Positions 24,143 to 36,568 of a stretch of 60,000 nt of DNA are shown piece after piece (within the stretch, counting starts at the first letter, position 1; each line of letters starts with the position of its first letter). Position numbers and translations under genes: made by a program. The notes beneath the pieces are model-generated. The model was not told the DNA's origin. It worked only from the letters and a program-made list of their open reading frames with translations, and did no database searches. Where the stretch lies: contig NC_086108.1 in the NCBI RefSeq assembly GCF_963921235.1, positions 33,172,001 to 33,232,000 of the forward strand, read 5' to 3'. The DNA comes from Mobula hypostoma (Eukaryota).

Positions 24143-24390
24143 TACCTCTTCCTAGGGATGCTGCCTGGCCTGCTGTGTTCACCAGCAACTTTGATGTGTG
24201 TTACATGATTTTCCAGCATCTGCAGAATTCCTCATGTTTTACTCTAGGAAAAATTCCATTTTGGTGGTAGAAGTGAATTTTGCTTTGAACAACGCTTTGA
24301 AACCTTGGCAGCTTTCCCTTTTCCCCCAAACAGTAGATGGTAAAGTCATGCTAAACTTCATTGCAAGACTTCACTCTCCTCAACCTTCAG

Positions 24391-24527
24391 TCAGTGTGGT
24401 CTGCTGTTGGAATCAGAAGACTCCCTCTTACATGGTGTACTATATCCATTCAAACAGCCATTTTGGCGCTTGCTCAGTCCGCCGTTGAGAAGGTCTTGGA
24501 TGTGTTGCACTATCAAATTTATGGCAA
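24391..24527 (-). CDS. UCK2: Uridine-cytidine kinase 2, last coding exon (exon 7)
   Basis: ccag|TTGCCATA acceptor; '(V)[44 protein letters not shown]'; UCK2-type C-terminus; TGA at 24391-24393. Confidence 0.96.
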
Positions 24528-25505
24528 CTGGTATGAAGGAAAAGAACAAGAATTGTTTCAGCAGCTTAAACAAATACATATGACTATATTACACAGACTT
24601 TAAAAGATTTCTTATGCCAGCACTCCCCATTCCCACAGATTCAACTTGCTAGCAAAAACTTTAAATAAATAGTTATCCAATTTGCATTTCTCTTTAAAAT
24701 ATAATTTATATTTTAACATCTCAGGATCAGTGGCTAAATTACTACTGATTGCTGCAATCTGACACTGGGTCTATAATTAAGTAACATCAACAACCATGTA
24801 ATGAAAGTCAAATCACATGGACAGGTAATACAAGCAATCATTTCCACAGCACAAATTCTGATACAGATTATTCAGAAACATTTCCATCCAAGATGCAGCA
24901 TTTATATTCAAAAAGTTGTAGAATTCCTAGCAGGACAGACTCAAGGTTATAGCTCATCTGCCAAGTTACCTTTTGCACTGTGCCAATTTCAATGCATGCA
25001 ACAGGCCAAAACGAGTTCTTTATTAATTTACTGATCTCCTCAAAAATAAATCAAAAATCATTCCCTTACTATACACAAAGAACGAAGGCAATTGGAAGAG
25101 ATTTCAACAGCCACAGCAGCATCATTATATTTTTACCTTACTGTTCCTCAATATAACATTTCTAAACCTATTCCTTTATTTTCAAATGTTACATTTCTAC
25201 CTGCAGGCACAATTCCATAATAGATCAGTGTATAAAATGAATATCTGTGGTAAGATACCCCTTTTGCTCAATTCCCTGATTATGTTTTACTGAATTCAAT
25301 TAACTGCACACAGACAAGTGATGCATGTCAGTTCTTTAAGACATCAAATTTCACAAGTTTATCACCTCATTACCATAGATACCTTTATTCAAAAACATTG
25401 CTTCACAAATGTCAGCTGACGCATCAAACCAGTCAAGTTATTTGCCAGACACAGTTACAACTCCCACAGCATTCAGCTCTTAAAAATATAGCAGGGTGAA
25501 GCAGT

Positions 25506-26160
25506 CCAGAATCAGAACCAGGTTTATTATCACCGGCATATGTCGTGAAATTTGTTAACTTAGCAACAGCAGTTCAATGCAATACATAATATAGAAGAAA
25601 AAAAAATAATAAATAAGTAAATCAATTACAATATACATATATTGAATAAATTAAAAATTGTGCAAAAACAAATATATTAAAAAAGTGAGGTAGTGTTCAT
25701 GGGTTCAATGCTCATTTAGGAATCGGATGGCAGAGGGGAAGAAGCTGTTCCTGGATCGCTGAGTGTGTGCCTTCAGGCTTCTGTACCTTCTTCCTGATGG
25801 TAGCAATGAGAAAAGGGCATGCCCTGGGTGCTGGGGGTCCTTAATAATGGACTCTGCCTTTCTGAGACACCGCTCCTTGAAGATGTCTTGGGTACTTTGT
25901 AAGCTAGCACCCAAGATGGAACCGACTAAATTTGCAACCCTTTGCAGTTTCTTTCAGTCCTGTGCTGTAGCCCTCCCCCCGCCCCGCCCAACACCACACA
26001 GTGATGCAGCCTGTCAGAATGCTCTCCATGGTACATCTATAGAAGTTCTTGAGTGTATTTGTTGACATACCACATCTCTTCAAACTCCTAATGAGGTATA
26101 GTTGCTGTCCTGCCTTCTTTATAACTGCATCAATATTTTGTGACCAGGTTAGGTCCTCAG
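25506..26160 (-). mobile_element. Rex1/Babar LINE 3' fragment
   Basis: 'IFKERCLRKAESIIKDPQHPGHALFSLLPSGRRYRSLKAHTQRSRNSFFPSAIRFLN'; (TTCTGA)n-type tail; same family as 38385-39518. Confidence 0.85.
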
Positions 26161-27117
26161 GGACTTAACCAGCAGTTTGACAGCTACCTTTTTCTGTTGA
26201 ACGGCTGCAGTTTAGGGTGCTGGGCTCAACAATTCCGGTGGGCCACAGAAGCTTGTTTTGTTTTTTGCATTGCTAGTTTATATAAACTTGCTCCATTCTG
26301 AAGAGCTTGGCAGATGAAAGAGCTGCCATTGCAACAGAATCCTCTGCTCTTTGTGCAGAGACTGCCAGGTCACAATTGTACATGCAATTTGATAGTGTCC
26401 TTCAGGATTAAAATTAGTCAACTATTTAGCACTAGCGATGACAAGGACTCATAAAAGGATGCGTACTCCTTCAATTATTCTGACAGAGTAGATGGCCAAT
26501 AAAGAGATCAGGTAGAATCAAAGTATGAATGTGTCACAGCATTCAGGTCAGATGCTAAGATGAAAATAAAGTTATCCCATTAACCGAATTCTCACAGAAC
26601 AGAAAGTATAGCTCCACAGCACAGATTCTGATTTTTATTGGTATATTAGCATCAAGGGTATTAAAGTTAAATTCAATTCCATAAGGTGCAAATACAGAAT
26701 TAATTTAACTTTGTAAAAAACTCTGTCATTTCTGATTTCTAATAATAGATCACTCATTGGACCTGTATTGGAGAGCCATTACATATATGGGGGCAAGAAA
26801 TAGTTCTCTGATGTAACCTAAAAATCAATGTTTTGGATCACCCAGTTACCATCTTTTCATTAATATCAATAATCATCTAAGACTTTGTCAAGAAAGTTCT
26901 CATTTGATGCAGTTCTGACTAAACACATTTCAGATGTTCAAGAGAGTCTTTTGCAGTGCAGGCAATAAGCCAATGTAGATGTGTCAGGGGAAAACTAAAA
27001 CACTTAATGCCAGTTGCCAATCTCTTCCAAGGTCATCTATAAAAACAAAGTAGAATGCTAGCAGCAAAGGAATTATTGAAAAGCTTAATTCAAAAAAAGC
27101 AAAGGGAAATTTCATAC

Positions 27118-27166
27118 CCAAGTTTTCTGCTCCTCTTGGAATGATGACATCTGCATACTTCTTGGT
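27118..27166 (-). CDS. UCK2: Uridine-cytidine kinase 2, exon 6 (49 bp)
   Basis: acag|ACC...TTGG|gtatga; 'TKKYADVIIPRGAENL(V)'. Confidence 0.96.
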
Positions 27167-28539
27167 CTGTTTGAAGAAGCACATTTGGTACATCAGATAA
27201 ATGATGATGATTTAACATGTGCATCCACAATAGCTGAAGCAAACAGTAGATTAGCCAAGGTCACTTATCACGCCAAGGCCATAAAGAAGAAACTAGTAAA
27301 ACAGACATGCAGCTTTATCCATTTAATCCTGCATGACTTTTACCACTCAGTGAAGCAATTTGTCAAATGATACAAGATACCTTAGCCATTCTATTTGCCA
27401 GGTACATTTAAAATTGATGCGTACACTGACTATACTTGGGTATGTTCAATGTAAAATAATATCTTTCACAATTTCTTTAGCAAATATCATTTACAAAATG
27501 ACTTAACATTTTTAACTTATTACATGAACTGTAACATTTATGCTTACTGTTGCTTGAACCAAGGCATCTTTAAATGTAAATGTCATAATAAAGCTGCACA
27601 GAAGTTTCCATTTTACAATTACATAGAATTTACAGCACAGAAAACTACTACTCTATTCAGTTAGTCTATTCCAGCATCTTACTTCATGGAAGCCTCTTTT
27701 CCCTCTGTACACGTGAACAGTATCAGCATGTTCCTCATATTTTGCTGGTCTGCCTGAATGCCGTTAAGTATTTGCTTTGCCATTCAATATGATCATGGTG
27801 ATCTGTATCTCAACACACATTCTTATATCCCCAGCTTCCCTTAATTTCTGAAAATCTTGGTCTTGAAGTTGGTCAGTGACCCAACCAATGCTGAGTAAAT
27901 CATTCAAAAAAGTCACTACTCCCTAACATAAGAAATTTCCCCTCATCTGTCTAGAATAGCAGGCTATTAACCTTGAGATATTGGTTCTAAGCACCCCAGC
28001 CAGGGTAAAGAATAATGCCTATTACCTTACTTGTTAAGAATTCTGACATGAACAGCTTGCATTCTTCTAAACTTAAGAAAGCACAGGCTATAATTGTTAC
28101 TTTAATAAAGAGAAACACACTACCCAGAAGCCTTCACTGCACTCCCCAATCACAAGCACATCCTTTCTTTTTCACAGTTGTTCGGATGCTGTCTTATCCA
28201 GGCTTCATATAGTTGCAGCCAGACATTTCTACTCCTATAGTTATTGAGAAAGACTAAAGGCCCACAAACTAGTTGCAGATCTTCTAAGAAAGCTTTCAAT
28301 AATTTGTGAATAAAATCTCCAAGTGCTTATGGACATCAAAACCTTTCATCCTCCCATCAATGGAAAAAGTGAATTTTTTTTTAAACTTAAATGAATGGAC
28401 TTTTATTTTTCTACAGTATATACTTGCCTACTCACTTAAGCTGTCTACATATCCCTCTAAAGCTATTCCACATCCCCTTTACAGGCCACACTGCCACCCA
28501 GCTCTGCGTCACTGTCAAACCTGAATATATTACACTTGG

Positions 28540-29350
28540 TGTAGGCGGAGCTTAGGAGGGTTAACGGCTTCTAACGGCTACTCCCTCACTTGCATCCACG
28601 GAAACAGCTCGATTTCCATCTTTAATATCCCTACTATTCCCTCTCAGGGTTCTTTTGAAGACCCTGACCTGGAGTTAAACGCTGACTACGGTTCTTTGCG
28701 GGAATGGGATCCGCTCTTGGGGTTCTACGATCAGCTGTTGTTGTTCAGCACGCCAAAGGCTCAGCCCAAGAGTCTGGCTCGGATTCCGAAGCCTAGGATC
28801 TCGGGGCTCTGGAGACGGGTGGATCGAAGGTCGGTGTCACGACAGGAGACCTGCGTGTTGCTGGGGGAGTCGGGTTATCTGCGACTGTGTGGCTGAAGAC
28901 CCGGGATCTTTGTGATCTTCAGGCACAGAGCACGACAAAAGCGATGTAATGGACTTTTAACATCGTAAACCAGCCAGTTGTTTGTTATGCCTTCCTGCTC
29001 GCTGGGAAAATGGAGACACCTCTTCCTCTCTTATTAGGGAGAGTGAGAACCTGTGGCATGTCAAATACTGGGTGAATCACAAAGTCTTTGGGGTAACTGC
29101 AGGTCTGTGTCTCTGCTATTGCTTTGATCAAGCTTGAGTGCTTGGTGGCCGTGCTGATGCTTTTTTTTGCCAGTGGGGAGAGGGGGGATCGTTGCTCACT
29201 GCTGCTTATGTGCGGGAGGGGCTTTGGGGTTCTAACATTTAACTGTCGTTCACTCTTCGGGGCTCTCTGTTTTTGTGGATAGTTGCGAAGAAAAAGCATT
29301 TCAGTATATATATTGTATACATTTCTCTGACATTAAATTGTACCTTTGAT
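28540..29350 (+). repeat. Probable non-autonomous retroelement with a LINE-like 3' end
   Basis: CpG-rich block in an AT-rich intron, ending in ...tctctgacattaaattgtacctttga, which resembles a Rex/L2-type tail. No ORF; family not identified. Confidence 0.4.
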
Positions 29351-29689
29351 AATGTATAGATTGTGAACACATAGCATTCCAACACGAATACCTATGCATC
29401 CCAATGATCAAAGCTTCCTAGCACAAGACAGACTTGTTCATTCCTGTTTCCCTTCCATTATCCAAACCTCAGTGCATATCGGAACATTACCCCAATACCA
29501 TGTGCTTTAATAGTTTTTAATAATTTTGTCCGTGGCACATTATCAAAGACCTTCTCAAGGTCCAAATAAACCACATCCACTGGTTCTTCCTTATCCATTT
29601 TGAAAATTTAAAAAAAGTCTGACAAATTTGTCACACGTCATTTACCTTTCATGATCTCACATCAACTTTTGAGTTTCACTTTGGAGTAG

Positions 29690-32600
29690 CGAGAGCGAGA
29701 ACCATTGAAAAGAGCAAGTCTCGTCATTTGTAAGATGCACTTGGCCGAATAAAAAGTAGTGAGGTTTAGGTGGTATTGGACAGAGTTAGAGTGGGGAACT
29801 GAAGCCTTGGCAAAAGGAGGCAGAGGCCAAGGACTTGAAGGCCAGTTTGAATCGGCCGCTGTGTAAGTGGACCAGTATAGGAGTGTTGGTCCGTGCCTTC
29901 AGCAAAGAGGCAGAGATGAGTAGCAGGTAACAACAGGCACAGTCAACTTAAAAAAAACAAATTACAACTAATTAAATAAAGTAGGGATGCAGGATCAGGT
30001 GATTCCTTGTAGTTGCAACATGTAGGAGCTGATGGACCCCATTGGGCATGCCACAGATCCTAAGGAAATGTTGGCATGGGCCAATTAAAAGAAGGTAATC
30101 TTAAGCGGAGCAGCCATAGTGCGAGTAGGCCAGTGTTAGAGTGGGGAGCTCAGACTTTGGTGAGGGGAGGCAAAGACTATAGGTAGAAATTCTCGTTTAA
30201 TTTTTCTTTCTTTCTTTGAGCAGTGGTGATGCCAAGCAGGAAACCTCCAGCGTCCAAGATGACTACACCTGCAAGGAGTGCGCCCAGCTGCAGCCTCTTT
30301 CAGACCTTGCTGAGGAACTAGAAGCAGAACTGGATTTGAACTCCGGATCATCTGGGAGGCCGAGGGGTTGATTGACAGAACATGTAGCCAGGTAGTGCAG
30401 GACAGGACCATCAGGAGGGTGAAAGGGGATAGGCAGCCAGTGCAAAATACCCCCGTGCACGTCCCGCTCAACCACAGATGTACCACTTTGGATACTCTTG
30501 GAAGGGGGTGATGGTGGTGGGTTAACCTCGCAGAGGAAAACCACAGCGGTCAGCTCTTTGGCACACTATCTGCCGCTGTGGCTTAGAAGGGAAGGAAGGT
30601 GAAGAGGAGTGTAACAGTCATAGGGGGTTCCATAGTTAGAGGAGCAGACGGGAGATTCTGTGGGTGTGGAAGAGACACCTAAATGACATGTTGCCAGGGT
30701 CAGAGATGTCTCAGATCGGGTGCGTAGCATTCTGAAGGGGCAGTCTGAGCAAATGGAAGTCGTGGTACATAATAGTATTAATGACATGGGCATGAAAAGG
30801 GAGAAGGTCCTGAAGAGATTACTGGGAGTTGGGTAGAAAGATGAAAAGTTGGACCACCAGAGTCGTAATCCCTGGACTGCTGCCTGTGCCATGTGCCAGT
30901 GAGGGGAAGGACGATTTTGCAGATGAATGTGTGGCTGAGGAATTGGTGCAGGGGACAGGGTTTCAGATTTCTGGATCACTGGGATCTCTTCTGGGGAAGG
31001 AGTTACCGATACAAAAAAGAAAGTTTGCACCCGAATCGGAGGGGGAACAATATCTTTGCATGCAAGTTCAGTAGAACTGTTGGGGAGGGTTTAAACTAAT
31101 TTGGCAGGGGGTGGGAACCAGAGTGATAAGACTGAAGATGGGCATTTTGTATCCATCTAGATGCAGCATGTAGTGAGACCGTGAGGCAGGTGATGGGGCA
31201 AACTTGCAGTCAGTGGGATGACAAGGTGTAACAGGAGTTCAATTTGAAAAGGGTGACCAATACCGGACTGGAGGTGTTGTATTTGAGTGCATGCAGTTTA
31301 CAAAATAAGGTAGATGACCTTGTAATGCTGTTGGAGATTGGCAGGTATGATGTGGGCATCACAGAGTTGTGGCTGACAAAAAGATCATAGTTGGAAGCTT
31401 AACACCCAAGGATACACATTGTATTGAAAGGACAAGCAGGTATGCAGGGGGGGCTGGGATGGCTCTGTTGGTAAAAAGTGAAATCAAACCCTTAGAAAGT
31501 GGAAACATAGGAAGATGTAGAATTGCTGTGAGTGGAGTTAGAAACTACAAGGGTAAAAAGACCCTGATGGGAGTTATATACAGGCCTCTGAACAGCAGTC
31601 AGGATGGGGGGTATTAATTACAACAGGAGATAGAAAAGGCATGCAAAAAGGGCAATGTTACTATAGTTATGGGGGATTTCAATATGCAGGTAAATTGTAG
31701 AAAATCACGTTGATGCTGGATCCCATGAGATGGAATTTGTAGAATGCCTACTGGGTGGCTTTTTAGAGCAGCTGTCATTAAGCCCACTGGGGGAATGGTA
31801 ATTTTGGATTGCGTGTTTTGTAATGAACCATTTTTGATTAGGGAGTTAAGGTACAGAAACCCTTGGGAGGTAGTGATCATAATATGATAGAATTCAGCCT
31901 GCAGTGTCAGAGGTAAAAGATAAAGTCATATGGATCTGTATTGCAGTAGAGTGAGGGAATTAGAGGCATGAGAGAGGAGCTGTCCAAAGTTGATTGCAAG
32001 GGGACACTAGCAGGGACGATGGCAGAATAGCAGTGGCTGGAGTTTCTGGGAGCAATTTGGAACCTGCTGTATAGATACATCCCAACCAAAAAGTATTTTA
32101 AAGGGAGAGTGATGCATCCGTGGCTGACAGGGGAAGTCAAAAACAGCATAAAGGAAAAGAGAAGGCATATAATATAGCAAAAATTAATAGGAAGTTAGAG
32201 GATTGGGAAGCTTTTAAAAAACAACAGAAGACAACTAAAAAAGGCCTTAAGGAGAGAACAGGAAATATGAAGGTAAGCTAACCAATAACATAAAAGAAAA
32301 TGCAAAATGTTTTCTTCAGATATACAAAGAATAAAATAGGTGAGAGTGGATATTGGACAGCTGGAAAATTAGACTCGCAAGGTAGTAATGGTGGGGGGGG
32401 GAGAGAGTTGGGAAATCAAAGAAATAGTGGTGAAACTTAAGCAAAATAATTATTAAATCTTCACTATGGAAGACACTAGCAGTATGCCAGAAATTTGGAA
32501 GTGTCAAGGGGCAGAAGTGAGTGTAGTTGCTATTCCCAAGGAGAAGATGTTTGGGAAGATGAAAAAGTCTGATGATAGATAAGCCACCTGGACCAGATGG

Positions 32601-35300
32601 ACTACACCTTAGGGTTAGAAAAAGGAGTAACTGAAGAGATTGTGGAGGCATTAGTAATCTTTCAAGATTCAATAGACTCTGGCATGGTTCTGGAGGAACC
32701 ATTGCAAATGTTGCTCCACTCTTTAAGGAGGGAGGCAGAAGAAGGGAAATTATAGGTCACTTAGCCCGACTTCAGTGATTGGGAAGATGTTGAAGGAGTC
32801 TCTTATTAAGGAAGAGGTTTTCGGGTACTTGGAGACACATGATAAAATAGGCCAAAGTCAACACTGTTTCCCTCAAGGGAAATCTTGCCTGACAAATCTG
32901 TTGGAATTATTTGAGGAAATAACAACCAGGACTAACAAAGGAGAGCCAGTCGATACTGTATACTTAGATTTACAGAAGGCCTTTGACAAAGTGTCGTACA
33001 TGAGCTGCTCAACAAAAGCTCACGGCATTATGGGAAAGACACTGGCGTGGATAGAAGACTGGCAGGAGGCAAAGAGTGGAATAAAGAGGGACTTTGCTGG
33101 TTGACTAGAGGCAACTAGTGATGTTCCTCAGGGGTAGGTGTTGGTATTGTTTATTTTCACATATGTAAATGATTTTGATGATGCAATTGATAGCTTTTGT
33201 CCCCCATGTTTGCAGATGATACAAATATAGGTGGAGGGGCAAGTACTGTTGAGGAAGCAGGGAGTGGGAATAAAGAGGGTCTTTTCTGGTTGGTTACCGA
33301 TGACTAGCAGTGTTCTGTAGGGGTTGGTGTTGGGACAGCCTTTTTCCATGTTATATATCAATAATTTTGACGACAGAATTGATGGCTTTGTGGCTATGTT
33401 TACAGATGATATGAAGATAGGTGAAAGGGCAAGTGGAATTGAGGAAGAAAGGAGTTTGCGAAAGGACCTAGATAGATTATGAGAATGGGCAAAGAAAATG
33501 GACAATGGGCAGATGGAATATAGTGCAGTAAATTATATGGTCATGTACTTTGGTAGGAAGAAAAAAAACGCATGGACTATTTTCGAAATGAGGTGAAAAT
33601 GAAAAAAATCAGAGGTGCAAAGGGACTTTGGAGTCCACATGAAGGATTTCCTGAAGGTTAAGTCAGTGGTATGGAAGGGAAATGCAATATTAGCATTCAT
33701 TTCAAGGGGACTAGAATATAAAAGCAAGGATATAATGCTGAGGTTTTATAAGGCAATGGTCAGTCCACACTTGGTGTATCGTGAGTAGTTTTGGGCTCCT
33801 TATCTAAGAAGAGATGTGCTGACATTGGGGAGGGTCCAGAGTAGGATCAAGATAATTATTCCAGGAATGAAAGGGTTAATGTACATGAGGAGCATATGAT
33901 GACTCTGGGCCTGTACTCACTGGAGTTTAGAAGAATGAGGCCGGGGATCTCATTGAAACCCATCGAACACAGAAAGGCCTAGATCGAGTGGATGTGGAGA
34001 GGATGTTTCCTATAGTAGGGGAGTCTAGGGCTAGAGGGCATAGCCTCAGAATTGACAGACGTCTATTTCCAATAGAGAAGAGGAGGAATTTCTTTTACCA
34101 GAGGGTAGTAAATCTGTGGAATTACCTGCCACAGATAGTTGTGGAGGCCAAGCCATTGGGTCTATTGAACATGGAGTTTGATAGGTTCTTGATTAGTAAA
34201 GTTGTCAAAGGTTATGAGGAGAAATCAGGAGAATGGGGTTGAGAGAGAGAGTTAAATCAGCCGATATGGAATTGCCCAGTAGACTCGATGGGCTGATTGG
34301 CTTAATTCTGCTCTTTTATCTTTTGGTCTTATTGCAGTCCCGGATGTCCATATTTGCAGCAAGTGTTGGCTGCTCGATGAACTCATGGTCAAACTTGACC
34401 TGGAAATGGAGCTTAAAACACAAGAGTTACCTTGACACTGTTTCAGGGGGCAGTCATTCATTGGATTAATTCCTTCAAGTTCAGACTGTGGTCAGAGGAA
34501 AGAGGGTGTGACTGTGTTTCAGGAAGATACAAGGGTCTGAGTGGTGGTGCTGGAGAAGCTTCAGCCCGTGAGCTTTTCCAGCAGGTCTGAGAGTGTGGCT
34601 TGCTGTGAGGATTGCAAGTGGGGACTGTACAGAGGGTGAGCAACTGAACCACGGCATCATGGGTCAGGAAGCCATTCAAAGAAAGGGAGAGAAGTATAGC
34701 TGTAAATGGGGATCGAAAATAGGAATATATACAATTCTCTGTTCCGAAGGCTGTGTTGTTTTTGACTGTTTTGTCCTTTGCCCAGGTTCAAGACATCTCA
34801 TTGAACCAACAGAGGAATTTGGCATGGGAGGGAAAGGTTCAGTTGTCATGGTCCACGTGGTGATCAACGACACAAGAAAAACAAGGAAAGAGGTTCTTCT
34901 GCGGGAATTTGAACAGCTAGAGACTAAATTAAAAATAAGACCGAAAATCGTAATAATCTCTGGATTGTTACAGAGAGCCAGACGCGTGGCTTAAAGATTG
35001 GTGTGGGAGGTGGGTTTGAATTTGTGAGATATTGACACCAGTATTGAGAAAGGAGGAAGCTGTTCTGATGGGATGGGATGAGCTCCACCAGAGCCTCACT
35101 GGGACTAGGCTCCTGGCACATGGCACAACTAGGGCTGTGGATAGGGTTTTACACTATATAGTAGTGAGGTAGGTTCAACAGCTTGAAAGGTGAGGATAAT
35201 GTAAAAGAGAAGGAGAGTGCAGGAGAGGTTATCCAGGTCTCCAGAATAAAGAGCAAGGCAAAGAGTTTATAAAGGGATGAAAATCTAACTTCAGGCAACA
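29690..35300 (+). mobile_element. Older CR1 5' part (5' UTR + ORF1), split by a second CR1
   Basis: ORF1 zinc finger begins 'MQDQVIPCSCNM' (~29987) and resumes as 'VPDVHICSKCWLL' (~34337). Esterase remnant 'VVMVHVVINDT' at ~34850. Confidence 0.65.
30045..34330 (+). mobile_element. Full-length but decayed CR1 LINE (ORF1 esterase + ORF2)
   Basis: ORF1 remnants 'NVWLRNWCRGQGFRFLDHWDLFWGR'; ORF2 remnants 'YLDLQKAFDKV' and 'RRNFFYQRVVNLWN'; many stops; attg duplication at 30041 and 34331. Confidence 0.88.
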
Positions 35301-36189
35301 CCTAGACAAAATTGAGAAGGCTACTTTGTCTTATGTAGATTGTATTATGTATAGTTTTTGATAAATTCTATTGTATTTCTTCATTTTCTTGTAAATGCCT
35401 GCAAGAAAATGAATCTGAAGGTAGTACATGGCAACACAAGTACTTTGGTAATATACGTTTTTTTTTAAACTTTACTTTTCCTTTATCAATCCCTTAATTC
35501 TTCTTCACCAAATCTTGAAATCTTCACAATCTCTAGGCTTGCTGTTTTATTTTTTGGCAATATTCTCAGTCTTTTGACTTCTTTTCAAAGACATGGCAGG
35601 ACCATAGTTCTATTTATTTTGCCCTTAGAAAACAGCTTACATGTAATATATTTTTTAATTCTTTTAAACTTGGCCATAGCTTGTTTACCATCATGCTTCT
35701 TTCTGTAGTGTTTCACTTTACAATAATTAACTGATGCCTCACAGGTTTATAATTTGCCTTGCTTACATTTAAAATCCAGTTTCAGATTGAACAAAATCAC
35801 CTTAATTCTTTTTTTTTACATAAAATTATATATTATAATCCCACGTCCTTGAAAGTCCCTTACTCAGAACAATCAAACCCCTTCTCATTACACAATATCA
35901 GATCAAAATATCCTGCTTCCTTGTTAGTTCCTCAGTAAAACAGTCTAAACAACCATCTTTATCCATCATGTGAATTCATTCACCATGTTTTTTGGTAAAG
36001 TTGGTTTGCCAGAATTATGTAAATTAAAGTGTCCATATTTATTGCTTTACCTTTGTTACATCCTATATTACCATTTTTGTTTAAAGGCCTTTATACACAA
36101 TTCCACCAACTCCCTCCAAAATGATTCTACTTCATTTCTGATATGATTCCTCCTCCTACTGCCTTTAAACCTTCCTTTAAAATTGGGCA

Positions 36190-36568
36190 ACACACATCAA
36201 AGTTGCTGGTGAATGCAGCAGGCCAGGCAGCATCTCTAGGAAGAGGTGCAGTCGATGTTTCGGGCCGAGACCCTTCGTCAGGACTAACTGAAGGAAGAGT
36301 TAGTAAGAGATTTGAAAGTGGGAGGGGGAGGGAGAGATCCAAAATGATAGGAGAAGACAGGAGGGGGAGGGATGGAGCCAAGAGCTGGACAGGTGATTGG
36401 CAAAAGGGATATGAGAGGATCATGGGACAGGAGGTCCAGGGAGAAGGAAAAGGTGGGTGGGAAGCCCAGAGGATGGGCAAGGGGTATAGTGAGAGGCACA
36501 GAGGGAGAAAAAGGAGAGAGAGAGAAAAAGAATGAGTGGAAAAAGAAGAGAGAGAAAAAGAATAAGTG
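36190..36568 (-). mobile_element. Penelope-like 3' UTR fragment
   Basis: Nearly identical to 23030-23380; perfect 10-bp TSD aaattgggca (36180-36189, 36569-36578). Confidence 0.85.
36249..36286 (-). ncRNA. Minimal hammerhead ribozyme motif
   Basis: Minus strand: tagtc-CTGACGA-a-gggtctcggccc-GAAACATC-gactg; sense with the UCK2 pre-mRNA (intron 5). Confidence 0.68.

Larger units (their letters stand above)
23024..24239. mobile_element. Palindromic Penelope-like insertion: two inverted 3' ends (GIY-YIG C-terminus + UTR)
   Basis: Arms ~23027-23606 and 23633-~24203 are reverse complements around a 26-nt spacer. Each encodes 'PVATHFNSTSHSHSDMSIHGLL...RLEEQHLIFRLGSLQPDGMNIDF'. 14-bp TSD tactttaggaaaaa (23010-23023) / tactctaggaaaaa (24240-24253). 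Confidence 0.9.
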
